DNA of 62,770 nucleotides from an uncultured cyanobacterium (GTDB lineage: Bacteria > Cyanobacteriota > Vampirovibrionia > Gastranaerophilales > Gastranaerophilaceae): NCBI GenBank assembly GCA_946545285.1, contig CAMNNA010000001.1:1-62770 (forward strand). Reading direction: 5' to 3'. Shown one piece after another: positions 1 through 12,728 of the stretch (the first letter of the stretch is position 1; every line of letters starts with the position of its first letter). Below the pieces are notes generated by a model. It was not told where the DNA came from. It worked only from the letters and a program-made list of their open reading frames with translations, and made no database searches. Made by a program: the position numbers and the translations under genes.

Positions 1-1
1 A

Positions 2-520
2 TTTGATTGGCTTGATATTTCTCAATCTCAAAGAGATGATATTATTGCAAAATACAAAAACCTTCTTTTTGACTCAAATTCAAGTGATATTTATTTTACA
101 AAAGATGAATTTAAACAAAAATTTGCTCAGTATAAAAAAGACAAAAATTTCAAACTTCATTACATGCTCACAAATAACGGTGTAACAGAAGATGAAGATG
201 CGAAATATTGTGCATTTTATTTTAAAAACAAAACATTAGTTATGTATGCAATTCAATACAAAAATAATCCGCATAATTCATTTTATTACTCTGCATTTGG
301 CAAACTATATTATACAGATGTCACATCAGATGAATATCCGAATTTTCCTTATACATCAATGCAATATGACAGAAAAGGCCGTTTAAAAAGTGCTATTTAT
401 TTTATATCAAAAGATTTACAGTATATGTACGGGCCTGATAAAGAATTCCAAGGTATTTGGTATAAAGATAAATTGTACGACAGAAATGGTAAGCAAACTC
501 TGACAAGAACTAATTGGTAA
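2..520 (+). CDS. hypothetical protein, 5' end outside window
   Basis: Frame 2 is open from nt 2 to TAA 518-520. The listed ORF 164..520 is only its Met-initiated tail. Y/K/D-rich, no motif recognised. Confidence 0.5.
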   Translation, partial: FDWLDISQSQRDDIIAKYKNLLFDSNSSDIYFTKDEFKQKFAQYKKDKNFKLHYMLTNNGVTEDEDAKYCAFYFKNKTLVMYAIQYKNNPHNSFYYSAFGKLYYTDVTSDEYPNFPYTSMQYDRKGRLKSAIYFISKDLQYMYGPDKEFQGIWYKDKLYDRNGKQTLTRTNW

Positions 521-586
521 TTAACAACTCTTAATAAAATTTGTTTAAAGTATCAAATTTTTATTTTCATAGGCATTATTTAGCCT

Positions 587-3500
587 ATGAAAATTTTCAA
601 TGTAAGTAATATAAATATCTTTCCACAATTTTTAGGCAGAAGAAAAGACCGCAATACTGTCGAACAATTAACTCAAAATAATGATTACAATCTGAATCAT
701 AACAATCAAATTCGTATAAATAAAGCGATAGAAAATTTATCAAAATCATCAGATAAAGAAACAGTTGAGTTTTTACTTGACACTGCAGATAATTTAAAAT
801 ACGGGACAAATATTAATTTACGGGCAAAACAACCGTATAATGATTGGCGTTTAAAACTCAATAAAGCTGCATTGAAAGTTTACAAAAATTGTAATGATAA
901 CGATAAAAAGATAATAGATGAAAAAATGTTTAAGACTTTAGGGATTACCCAAAAGCCTCTAACAGATGATGAAAAAGAAATTTTGGAATTAAAAAAATCA
1001 ATATTATCAAATACTAAATCCAAAGAATTGGAAAACGTAAAAGGTCCGATGAAAAATCTTGTAACTAATTTAGATTATTTCATTATAAGTTCTGAAGTCT
1101 CAACTGCGGAAAAGCTTTATATAATGAAGCAATTAGATTATTTTATGAGTGATGCCTATGAAATTAACCCTCAGTTGAAAAATAAAAAAACGCAGGCATT
1201 AGCCGAAATAGTAAATGACATAACCGTTAATACCCCTGAATCAGAATATCCGAACACCAAGGCGATAAATCAAATGGGGCATGGGATTTGCGCCGCAATA
1301 TCCATATGCAGAAAAGCACTTTCATATGAACAGAAAGCAAAATATGTTGATATGGTTCTATCAGAGCTTGATTCAAATGATTACATGATGGTTTATGATA
1401 TTACAAAACTCGGCTCAGGAACAAAAATTCCTGTAAAAAAAGCTTCGATGGATTTTGAATATGCACTTGAAAAAGGATACCGAATAGTTGACACATCTGC
1501 TATGTATTGGATGAATGTTGCAGATATGGTCGGAGCGACAAATGAACAAATACAAAAATATATTCCGTTTAATAAAGGGGATTTAGATGTTTTACAAGAC
1601 TCACATATAAATGAAAATCTCGATATTGAACTGATTAACAAGCAAAATTTCTACAGAACATTAATAAAAAGCAGAGAACTATTTAAAAAATATCAAGTAA
1701 AAAAAGAAGAAAAACTGCATAAAGAAAGATTGTCAAAAAATTTAACCAAAAATAAATTTGATACAATTTATAAATATGAAACTTTGTTGGAAAATTTACT
1801 TTTTGATATTTCCCCAAAATCTGAAAGATCTGATATTAAAGAAATTAAAAAAAATTTACTTAATTTACAGGTAAATAATTCCGAAAAAAAAGAAAAATTT
1901 CCTAAAGAATTACAAAAATTTTCTTACATAGAAAATGAAGACGAAGAAATCATTCAAAAAAAGATAAAGCATTATTTAAGTGCAAATTACAATTTAGATG
2001 AAGAAAAATTAGAAAAAAATATTGATAAAATCGCAGAATATACAACAGAAATTAATAATCTTACAAAAGGAGATCAAATACATCCGGCTGCGAAATTAGT
2101 TCAAAAAAATAAGCAGTTATATTCTATTGCCGCAAGTTACCGAATTGCGCAGGAATATAAATTAAATATAGATGAAAACAAAGAGCATTTCATGACTTTA
2201 TACAACATTCCTGATACAGGTACATTAATGATTGAAAATCTGGATTATCTTATAAACTTGCTGGAAAAAGATAAGATGGACACTACTCTAAAAACCGGAT
2301 TGAAGAAAAATTTTGAAATTTCTGAAAGTAGTGATGAAGAATTACTAAAAACATTAAAAGATGTTAAAGACACAATTACTTATCTTTATACTGATTTGTT
2401 AGATGTTATGTACAATTCAATCTTATCAAAAGACAGAAAATCAGTACTTCATAATATGATTTTAGATTTAGAAAATGATATAGACGGAAAAATAACTCCT
2501 AATACTATAACAAAAATCGCAAGAGTTTTAAAAACAAAAGAAAATAAAGACGCAATTTTAAATAAATTATATGAACTTAATAATATATTAGAATCAGAAA
2601 ATCTGACTGAGGATAAATTAACTTATGTCTACAATTCAATCGGAGGAAAACTTCCGTTTGCAGATTTTTCGCAACAATTAAAGAAACTTAGCTATATACT
2701 TTTTGTAGACAAAAATACTCAGGTTATTCCGGGGTTTAATTTAATAAACGGGCTGGATAAGGATGCACCGTTATCTGAATCAGCAAAAGTTTTCTTGAAC
2801 ATTAATAACAATATGAATAACATTATCCAAATGATTAATTCATATAAACAAGCTTTAAAAGTCACCGATAAAACAGGAAGAATCCTAAATACCGTTGATG
2901 AAAATGATTATATTTTAAAAAAATTGGAAGAACACGGAAATGTCCCGAAAAGAAAAGATTTGGAACATTTTAGAGAAAAATTCAAAGAAATTGATAAAAG
3001 AAGATACAATAATGATGACAAAATAAAAGATATGCCGCCTGAATTAATAAAATTTAATTCATACGAAACTGAAATACTTAAAAATTACCAAAAACATATT
3101 GATATTTGGGCATCAAATGTTAATAAAGATTATATTTCAATTACAAAAGATTTAAAACCTCAATTAAGTGAACAGCACAGAAAAATAGGAGAATTAACCG
3201 GACAACGTTGGGTTCGCGTTGAAGGGGAAAGCGGGTTATCAAGCAATCAGGAAATAAAGATTTTTGAACATATGACTGATAAACCGTATTATTCTGAATC
3301 TGACAGCCAAAAGGCTATTGAAAAATTAGAAGAATCAAATTATCCTGCGATTTCAGCAACATCAGTTTCACATAAAGAACCTGCAATGCATGCTCAATAT
3401 ATAGCGGGGATATACACAGATGAATCCGGTAAAAAACTCTTTATGCATGACAACAGTTGGGGAAACTCGGAATTCAAAAATAATTGGAAAGATAAAAACG

Positions 3501-6490
3501 GAAGGACAAGAACCGATTATGAAAACGGTTATGGAGGAGAAAAGGGGTATATAGTAAACAATGAATACAAAACCGGCTATGAATTAGATGATATTTTAGA
3601 TGCTACTGTTGTTGTAAAACCTAAAAACACCCCGTCAAAAAAATTAAAAAAATTACACGGCGACTCGGACTATGAATGGTCTATGCCAATGTATAGAAAT
3701 ACAATACTGCAAGGAAAACACCCGAAAAGAAATGATTACGTTGAAATTATAAGGCAATTAATATTGCATAGCCCGGCGGCTTATCTTGATTCACTGTCTA
3801 AGCAGGCGCAAGAAATGACTGTTGATGAAATTAAAATGAAAATCAAAAAAGCCGAAACTATCGGAAAACACACTGCCGGCACTTATAATAATATTTTAAG
3901 CAAAATAAAAGGGGACGGTATCTTGAATTTTGGAATTAAAAATCAAGATGATTTTAACAAGCTGTCTGATAGTGATGATTTAAAGATAATTTTGGAAAAA
4001 GTTGCTATATCAAAATCTTACCCGAGTATAACTAATACTAAAAAATTATACAGTATTTCAAACTTTAAAGACTTACAAAAATTTAAAACCGAATTAAAAT
4101 CCGAAGCTATAGAAAATTTCAAATATTCTTTCGGGAAACATATTGATATTATTAAATACGGAGCCGAAAGTTCAAGAAAAGAAATTAACAGTTTACTAGA
4201 ACAATTTGAAAATTCTAATAATCTCAAAGTTGATTATTCTAAAAATAACCAAATAATAAGTTCTATGAAAAACATTTCCATAAAAGATTTTGACGGGAAT
4301 ATGGCGCATTCTATCGACACAATGACAAATATTTTTAATTCAGAATTTTCAAAATATTTATCGAAATTTAAAATAACAAATGATAAGGCCCAGGATCTAT
4401 CATTAAAAGTAAAAGATATATTAGAAAAAAATATGTATATAAATGAATCAGACTTAAAGTCTGAATTCAATGATGATGAAAACTTTAAACTTATTGAAGA
4501 ATTTATTGACAATAAAGATAATCCAAAAACAAATTCAGAATTTGTTAGTATTTTTAGAAATTATCAAAATATGACAACTGAAGAATTTAATTTGAATACT
4601 GAAAAATACTTAACTGACCGTATTTTAGGAATAAAAACCGTAAAAGGTTTTGATGTTATTAAAAAATTAAATCAAGGAAATGACAGTTACAGCGATTCTT
4701 TATTTAACATAATATTTGAACAAGAATATAGAAAAGAAACAGATTTAAGTAAAACAAAACCGACATACGATTATTATAAATTCTCAAGGATATATAACGG
4801 TCAAATATATCCGCAAGGCAGAACATTTGATGATGTATTTATAGATTATTATTACGATTTGTATATGTTGAGTAATAAAAAACGCATAAATAAAATCAGC
4901 GCTCAAATGTTCGAAAAATACGGTGTTTTCCCCGGATATCCCGACATTGATCCTGAATCTAAAGAAGGGATTAAAAAAACATTTGACAGATTGTTTGAAG
5001 TCATTGATGAAAATTCCGCAGCGATTTCAAGAAATAAAGAAATGATTGAAACTTACAGGTATATTGATGATTTACATGCAATGCTTGAATCTTCAAATGG
5101 TGATAAATTAATAAACGAAAAAGAATATAAAGAAATCAAAAAAAGATTTAAACTCGTAGAAAAATCACTGGAAGAAGATGATTCTACATTAAATATAGCA
5201 ATTGAAATAAAGGATCTGTTAGCGTCAAAAACACTTGATAGAGCAGCATATACGGCAATTTTGGCAGAAATTGAATTAACTATCGGCAGATTTCGTTACA
5301 CTCCTGCAGGCAAAACATTAAATGAACAAATTAAAGAGACAGACGAAGAATTAAACGATTTTGTAAGAAGTTTTGTAAATCATTCAATTCATCCGAAATA
5401 TCGTGACAGAGCATTTGATGCAATAAATGAATTTATAAAACTAAAAGCACGGTATTTTGATTATTCTGAACCGGATAAAAAACTTGAATACAAGCTTGAT
5501 AAAACATATGATAAAATTAAAAAAATATATGATAAACACAGAATATATCAAACATCAGAAGAAATACTAAAAGAATATGTATTAATGCATGCAAAAGATT
5601 ATCAAGTTGCAAAACCTGATACAAAGTCCGAACGTGCTGTAAAAGATTTATCTGAATTTGAAATTAAGAAAAAATCATTTAAAAATCTTTTAAAAGGGCT
5701 GCTTGCATCTGCTGAAATGGCGTCATTATTGAGAATTCTAATGACATGCGCTGATGAAGCGAATTTAAATGTTGTTAAAGAAGCGTTTAAAAATTCAAGT
5801 ATAGAACTTATAAACGGGCTTAGAGTTGCAATGGATTCAAATGAAGGTCTTGAGATCTTACTAAATCAATTATCAACTGAAAAAGATCAAAAAACTGCAC
5901 TGATGTTCATTGAGCAGCTGGGTTTAAGCGAACGTGCAATGGAAGTTTTAACTAAAAAAGCAGATTTTGAAAACAGATATAAATTAATAAACAGGGCACA
6001 TTCACTTTTAAAATCTCTTGATGCCGATATTGGTTTTGTCCACAGACAGCTTAAAGATATGCAGAATTATAAAAATAGAAATGACCTTTTTGTTAAAATT
6101 GATGAATTAAATGAAAAACTATTAAAAAGAAGAAAATGGACAAATTACAGACACGGAATCGACTTATATTCCGAATGTTTAAAAATGACAAAAAATCGAC
6201 TAAAAGATGTTGATCAAAAGGATTTAAAAGAAACATTTAATGAATATATGGATGCAACAGAATCAGTAATAATAAAAGATGCTCGGGATGAAGTCAGTGA
6301 AATTAATAAAGCAATCGAAAGCTATAATATGATTAATAATATGGTAGAAGAATTAAAAATTCCTAAAAATTCTGAGGCTGAAAAGCTAAAAGAAAAATAC
6401 CAAAAAGATTTTGAAGATTTTATTGAATATTGCAAAAATTCGAACAAAAAATACCCTAACATTGCAACAGAAACAGAATCTGATTTGTAA
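587..6490 (+). CDS. giant orphan protein (1967 aa) with putative split papain-like cysteine peptidase motifs
   Basis: One uninterrupted 1967-codon ORF, K/N/E/I-rich, with no signal peptide or TM seen. Q229-x5-C235 (NQMGHGICAAIS, nt 1271-1303). H935 ... D955-N956-S-W-G (AMHAQYIAGIY...LFMHDNSWG, nt 3383-3463), followed by GYGGEKGYIV. Confidence 0.8.
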   Translation: MKIFNVSNINIFPQFLGRRKDRNTVEQLTQNNDYNLNHNNQIRINKAIENLSKSSDKETVEFLLDTADNLKYGTNINLRAKQPYNDWRLKLNKAALKVYKNCNDNDKKIIDEKMFKTLGITQKPLTDDEKEILELKKSILSNTKSKELENVKGPMKNLVTNLDYFIISSEVSTAEKLYIMKQLDYFMSDAYEINPQLKNKKTQALAEIVNDITVNTPESEYPNTKAINQMGHGICAAISICRKALSYEQKAKYVDMVLSELDSNDYMMVYDITKLGSGTKIPVKKASMDFEYALEKGYRIVDTSAMYWMNVADMVGATNEQIQKYIPFNKGDLDVLQDSHINENLDIELINKQNFYRTLIKSRELFKKYQVKKEEKLHKERLSKNLTKNKFDTIYKYETLLENLLFDISPKSERSDIKEIKKNLLNLQVNNSEKKEKFPKELQKFSYIENEDEEIIQKKIKHYLSANYNLDEEKLEKNIDKIAEYTTEINNLTKGDQIHPAAKLVQKNKQLYSIAASYRIAQEYKLNIDENKEHFMTLYNIPDTGTLMIENLDYLINLLEKDKMDTTLKTGLKKNFEISESSDEELLKTLKDVKDTITYLYTDLLDVMYNSILSKDRKSVLHNMILDLENDIDGKITPNTITKIARVLKTKENKDAILNKLYELNNILESENLTEDKLTYVYNSIGGKLPFADFSQQLKKLSYILFVDKNTQVIPGFNLINGLDKDAPLSESAKVFLNINNNMNNIIQMINSYKQALKVTDKTGRILNTVDENDYILKKLEEHGNVPKRKDLEHFREKFKEIDKRRYNNDDKIKDMPPELIKFNSYETEILKNYQKHIDIWASNVNKDYISITKDLKPQLSEQHRKIGELTGQRWVRVEGESGLSSNQEIKIFEHMTDKPYYSESDSQKAIEKLEESNYPAISATSVSHKEPAMHAQYIAGIYTDESGKKLFMHDNSWGNSEFKNNWKDKNGRTRTDYENGYGGEKGYIVNNEYKTGYELDDILDATVVVKPKNTPSKKLKKLHGDSDYEWSMPMYRNTILQGKHPKRNDYVEIIRQLILHSPAAYLDSLSKQAQEMTVDEIKMKIKKAETIGKHTAGTYNNILSKIKGDGILNFGIKNQDDFNKLSDSDDLKIILEKVAISKSYPSITNTKKLYSISNFKDLQKFKTELKSEAIENFKYSFGKHIDIIKYGAESSRKEINSLLEQFENSNNLKVDYSKNNQIISSMKNISIKDFDGNMAHSIDTMTNIFNSEFSKYLSKFKITNDKAQDLSLKVKDILEKNMYINESDLKSEFNDDENFKLIEEFIDNKDNPKTNSEFVSIFRNYQNMTTEEFNLNTEKYLTDRILGIKTVKGFDVIKKLNQGNDSYSDSLFNIIFEQEYRKETDLSKTKPTYDYYKFSRIYNGQIYPQGRTFDDVFIDYYYDLYMLSNKKRINKISAQMFEKYGVFPGYPDIDPESKEGIKKTFDRLFEVIDENSAAISRNKEMIETYRYIDDLHAMLESSNGDKLINEKEYKEIKKRFKLVEKSLEEDDSTLNIAIEIKDLLASKTLDRAAYTAILAEIELTIGRFRYTPAGKTLNEQIKETDEELNDFVRSFVNHSIHPKYRDRAFDAINEFIKLKARYFDYSEPDKKLEYKLDKTYDKIKKIYDKHRIYQTSEEILKEYVLMHAKDYQVAKPDTKSERAVKDLSEFEIKKKSFKNLLKGLLASAEMASLLRILMTCADEANLNVVKEAFKNSSIELINGLRVAMDSNEGLEILLNQLSTEKDQKTALMFIEQLGLSERAMEVLTKKADFENRYKLINRAHSLLKSLDADIGFVHRQLKDMQNYKNRNDLFVKIDELNEKLLKRRKWTNYRHGIDLYSECLKMTKNRLKDVDQKDLKETFNEYMDATESVIIKDARDEVSEINKAIESYNMINNMVEELKIPKNSEAEKLKEKYQKDFEDFIEYCKNSNKKYPNIATETESDL

Positions 6491-6514
6491 AAAAATTTAT
6501 TTATAACAAAATAG

Positions 6515-6523
6515 TGGTATAAT
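6515..6523 (+). promoter_or_regulatory. extended -10 promoter element directly upstream of the histidine kinase ATG
   Basis: TGgTATAAT at 6515-6523. The ATG at 6530 is 7 nt downstream and no SD is present. Confidence 0.45.
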
Positions 6524-6529
6524 CATGAT

Positions 6530-7273
6530 ATGGACGATAGTGAAAAACGCTACGAAGATTTTATATCAACAGTTAGTCATGAATTAAGAACACCGTTAAC
6601 ATCTATTCGCGGTTTTGCGCAAACTATGCTTAATTCTTGGGACAAATTGGATGATGAAACCAAAAAGAAATTTGTAAAAATAATAGAAGAACAATCAAAC
6701 AGACTTATTCATATGACTGAAAATATGTTATCTGTCACAAAAACAGGAACAGATAAAAAGTCTTTGCATTACACAAATTTCAGCATAGGTAATCTTTTAA
6801 ATCAGACTCTGTATGTTTTAAAACAACAATACAAAAATCAAAAATTCGATATAAAAATTTCTCCTGAAAATATTGAGATTTTTGCTGATAAAGATAAATT
6901 CCAGCAAGTTTTAACTAATTTGATAGAAAACAGCGCAAAATATTCAAAAGAAGAATATTTAACTTTTATCAACATAAGAAATTTTGAAAATAACACGATA
7001 ATCGAAATTTCAAATACCGGAATACATATTGAAAGAAAAGATTATCAAAAGATATTTACTAAATTTTCGAGAATAGATAACCCTTTGACAAGGCAAGTTC
7101 AAGGAAGCGGACTTGGTTTGTACATAACAGAATCATTAATTAAAAAAATGGGCGGTGAAATAAGTGTAAAATCGGAAAAAATAAACAATTCCGAATTGGC
7201 AAAAATTACTTTTACCGTTAAGATGCCAATTAAAAATATTGAAGAACAAGCGAGGATACAATGCAATCAGTAA
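6530..7273 (+). CDS. sensor-less histidine kinase (HisKA + HATPase_c only)
   Basis: H-box FISTVSHELRTPLTSIRGF, N-box LTNLIENSAKYS, G2 box GSGLGLYITESL. 247 aa with no TM or input domain. Overlaps the next gene by 13 nt. Confidence 0.85.
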   Translation: MDDSEKRYEDFISTVSHELRTPLTSIRGFAQTMLNSWDKLDDETKKKFVKIIEEQSNRLIHMTENMLSVTKTGTDKKSLHYTNFSIGNLLNQTLYVLKQQYKNQKFDIKISPENIEIFADKDKFQQVLTNLIENSAKYSKEEYLTFINIRNFENNTIIEISNTGIHIERKDYQKIFTKFSRIDNPLTRQVQGSGLGLYITESLIKKMGGEISVKSEKINNSELAKITFTVKMPIKNIEEQARIQCNQ

Positions 7274-8565
7274 CATTAATCATAGATAAAAGACTTGAAC
7301 TATCAACAAAATATAAAAAAATGCTGGAATCTGATACCAATAAAGTTATAATTTCAAAAGATCTGCTTACAGCTATAAAAATAATAAAAGATAACGAACC
7401 GGATTTGATTATAATATCGGATAGTTTTGATAATGATTTATCAGACTTTTGCAAACAAGTAAGGGCATTGACCTATAATATGCGACCTGTAATAGTAGCT
7501 TTATCAAAATCTGCGGATATAAATGACAGAATCAAAGTTTTAAACAGCGGAGCGGATGATTTTTTATCAGAACCGGTTAATATGGATGAATTTAAAGTCA
7601 GAATGAACGCTCATTTAAGACGGGAATTTGAATCTAACTTCGATCCGAAACTTGTACTTGGCAATAAAAATTACACCTTAAGAGCAATAAAAAGAGAACT
7701 TGTAAAAGATTGCGATTGGGGAATGCTATATATCACAATTGAAAATTTTGACAGTTATAAACAAGCATACACTGAACTTGCATCAGATAAACTTTTGCAA
7801 ACCTTCACCGCAATTATAAAATCCGGAATTGAAGAAACAGATTATCTTGGACAATTGGAAGAAAATTCTTTTTTAGTTATTACAAACCGACTAAAATGCG
7901 AAAAAATTGCTAATTATTTAACTTATGCATTTGATTCTGTTTCGTCAAGATTCTACGCAGAACACGATTTGACAAGAGGGTATATGATTTTGCAAGGGGA
8001 TGAATTTGCCGGAAAAAGAGTGAATTTTGTTCACACAACTATTGGTGCAATAACAAATTCTTCCGGTAAATACAAGACAATAAATCAAGTTCTAAATTCA
8101 TTAATACAAATCCATAATCTTGCACAAAAGCCGAACAAATCGGATTATTTAATAGAAAGAGAACAAATCCAAGGTGCAAATAGTGTTTGTGAAAGAAAAT
8201 ATAATAATAAAATTGTAATTTATGAACCTGATAGCGCTTTGAGCACTTTATTAAGCGCTATTTTAGACCTTCAAGGATACGAAGTAATCGTTATGGAAAA
8301 ATATTTAATGCCTAAAAAAATTATAAATCCGGCACTTGTAATAATAGATGCCGGTGATTTAGGAAAGAAAAACGGACTTAATCTTTGTTATAAAATAAAG
8401 AATTCAATTGATTTTAAAAATTCAAAAGTTGTTGTAACATCTGTTGTTCATGATAAAGAACTTGTATTAAATACCGGTGCGGATTTATACTTGCCAAAAC
8501 CATACGAAATTCCTAATATGATCAGGTGGATTGATTCGTTGGTTAAAGAATTTAACGAAGGCTAA
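7261..8565 (+). CDS. response regulator: pseudo-receiver, degenerate GGDEF-like domain, C-terminal receiver
   Basis: The N-terminal REC-like fold has eroded sites (LIIDKR, DDFLSEPV with E in place of the conserved K). The middle domain is GGDEF-like, but the motif reads LGQLEENSF. The C-terminal REC keeps D (VIIDAGD), T (VVVTSV) and K (LPKPYE). Confidence 0.7.
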   Translation: MQSVTLIIDKRLELSTKYKKMLESDTNKVIISKDLLTAIKIIKDNEPDLIIISDSFDNDLSDFCKQVRALTYNMRPVIVALSKSADINDRIKVLNSGADDFLSEPVNMDEFKVRMNAHLRREFESNFDPKLVLGNKNYTLRAIKRELVKDCDWGMLYITIENFDSYKQAYTELASDKLLQTFTAIIKSGIEETDYLGQLEENSFLVITNRLKCEKIANYLTYAFDSVSSRFYAEHDLTRGYMILQGDEFAGKRVNFVHTTIGAITNSSGKYKTINQVLNSLIQIHNLAQKPNKSDYLIEREQIQGANSVCERKYNNKIVIYEPDSALSTLLSAILDLQGYEVIVMEKYLMPKKIINPALVIIDAGDLGKKNGLNLCYKIKNSIDFKNSKVVVTSVVHDKELVLNTGADLYLPKPYEIPNMIRWIDSLVKEFNEG

Positions 8566-8619
8566 TATAGTTAGATCTTTGGAATTTTTATGGTAGTATA
8601 TATTTAATAAGGAGTGGAT

Positions 8620-11455
<2,836 letters not shown>

Positions 11456-11478
11456 AAAAAAGGATAAATAGCGATAGT

Positions 11479-11892
11479 ATGAGAATTATTAAAATTGAAG
11501 GTTTTAGAGGACTGTTCCATGTAGCATTTGTAGGAATTTGTATGTTTGCCGGATTCGTTTTATTTCCGGGGCAGATATTTATGAATCTTTGGAATAAGTA
11601 TTTAGTGACTTTATTTATGTTCCCGCAGATTAATCATTTTCAGGGTATTTTACTTTGGCTGATCGTATTTTTAAGCTACGGAATAATATTTAAAAATCAA
11701 GCAGCTGTTCAATTTAAAAGAACAAAAGATTTGACTCCGTCTGATATTGATTTTATTATGCAAAAAGCAAAATTTAGTTCGCAAATTCAACATTTGACTG
11801 ATATTGTTCAAAGCCATGATATGTTTGAAAAAAATAACAATTTTAAATCTCAAAATAATAATAAGAACGAAGATTTTTCAAGAAAGGAGTAG
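11479..11892 (+). CDS. hypothetical membrane protein
   Basis: Two to three hydrophobic helices (FHVAFVGICMFAGFVLF, GILLWLIVFLSYGIIF). No motif recognised. Confidence 0.5.
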   Translation: MRIIKIEGFRGLFHVAFVGICMFAGFVLFPGQIFMNLWNKYLVTLFMFPQINHFQGILLWLIVFLSYGIIFKNQAAVQFKRTKDLTPSDIDFIMQKAKFSSQIQHLTDIVQSHDMFEKNNNFKSQNNNKNEDFSRKE

Positions 11893-11897
11893 TATTT

Positions 11898-12644
11898 ATG
11901 AAAAAATTATTAATTGTGCTATCTTTAGGGGTAATAATTACAAGTATGCCGTTAACAGCTTTATCTGTTGATACAGCGATAACAAAAGGAACTGTTAATG
12001 CGTCTTATTCTGCTGAAAAAGAAGTTTCTCCTGATACTGTTGAGGTTTCAATTGCTGTGAAAACTTCTGATAAAAAATCTATGCAGATTGCATCATCAAA
12101 AAATAAAGAAATCTCTAACAATATTTATGAATACTTAAAAAATAATATAAATCCCGCAAACGGTGATTATATCAAAACTTCAAATTACAATGCTTCACCG
12201 ATTTACAGATATGATAACGGTAAACAATATTTAGACAGATACGAAGTTTCTAATAATGTTGTGATACATACAAAATCTATTGACAAGATTGCAAATCTAA
12301 TTGATAAATCTTTGGAAATGGGTGCAACAAACGTTAATAGCCTAAATTTCAGCCTTTCTCAAAAAGATAATGAATGTACGGAATTGTTAGCCAAAGCCGC
12401 AACTCAAATGAAAAAAAGAGCTAATGTTGTTGCAACTGCTCTAAATTCTTCTGTAACCGGAGTAAAAGATATACATACATCATGTTCAGTTAATCAACCA
12501 TCACCAAGATACGGATTTACAAGAAATATGTTAATGGCAAAATCTGTCGGAGCAGCTGAAGATGCAGCCATTCCGACTACAAGTATCGAATCGGGAACCA
12601 TAAAAGTTTATGCAACAGTTGACGGAACGTTTTATCTGAAATAA
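11898..12644 (+). CDS. SIMPL/DUF541-like secreted protein
   Basis: Signal peptide MKKLLIVLSLGVIITSMPLTALS. Pattern VSPDTVEVSIAVKT ... YEVSNNVVIHT is typical of the 26-kDa periplasmic immunogenic protein family. SD AGGAG upstream. Confidence 0.65.
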   Translation: MKKLLIVLSLGVIITSMPLTALSVDTAITKGTVNASYSAEKEVSPDTVEVSIAVKTSDKKSMQIASSKNKEISNNIYEYLKNNINPANGDYIKTSNYNASPIYRYDNGKQYLDRYEVSNNVVIHTKSIDKIANLIDKSLEMGATNVNSLNFSLSQKDNECTELLAKAATQMKKRANVVATALNSSVTGVKDIHTSCSVNQPSPRYGFTRNMLMAKSVGAAEDAAIPTTSIESGTIKVYATVDGTFYLK

Positions 12645-12670
12645 TATAATATGAATTTAATAACATAAAA

Positions 12671-12708
12671 CAGAGGCACTTTAGTAAATTTAAGACCTCT
12701 GTTTTTTT
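12671..12708. terminator. hairpin plus T-run between convergent genes
   Basis: CAGAGG (12671-76) pairs with CCTCTG (12696-701), followed by TTTTTTT. The loop is long (19 nt). Confidence 0.5.
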
Positions 12709-12728
12709 AAGTATTTAATAATGAATTA

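Noticed and set aside
597-4512. Several 69-92-aa minus-strand ORFs inside the giant gene
   Set aside because: They are antisense to an uninterrupted 5.9-kb ORF, with the AT-rich codon-mirror composition (F/I/L/S-rich) typical of shadow ORFs.
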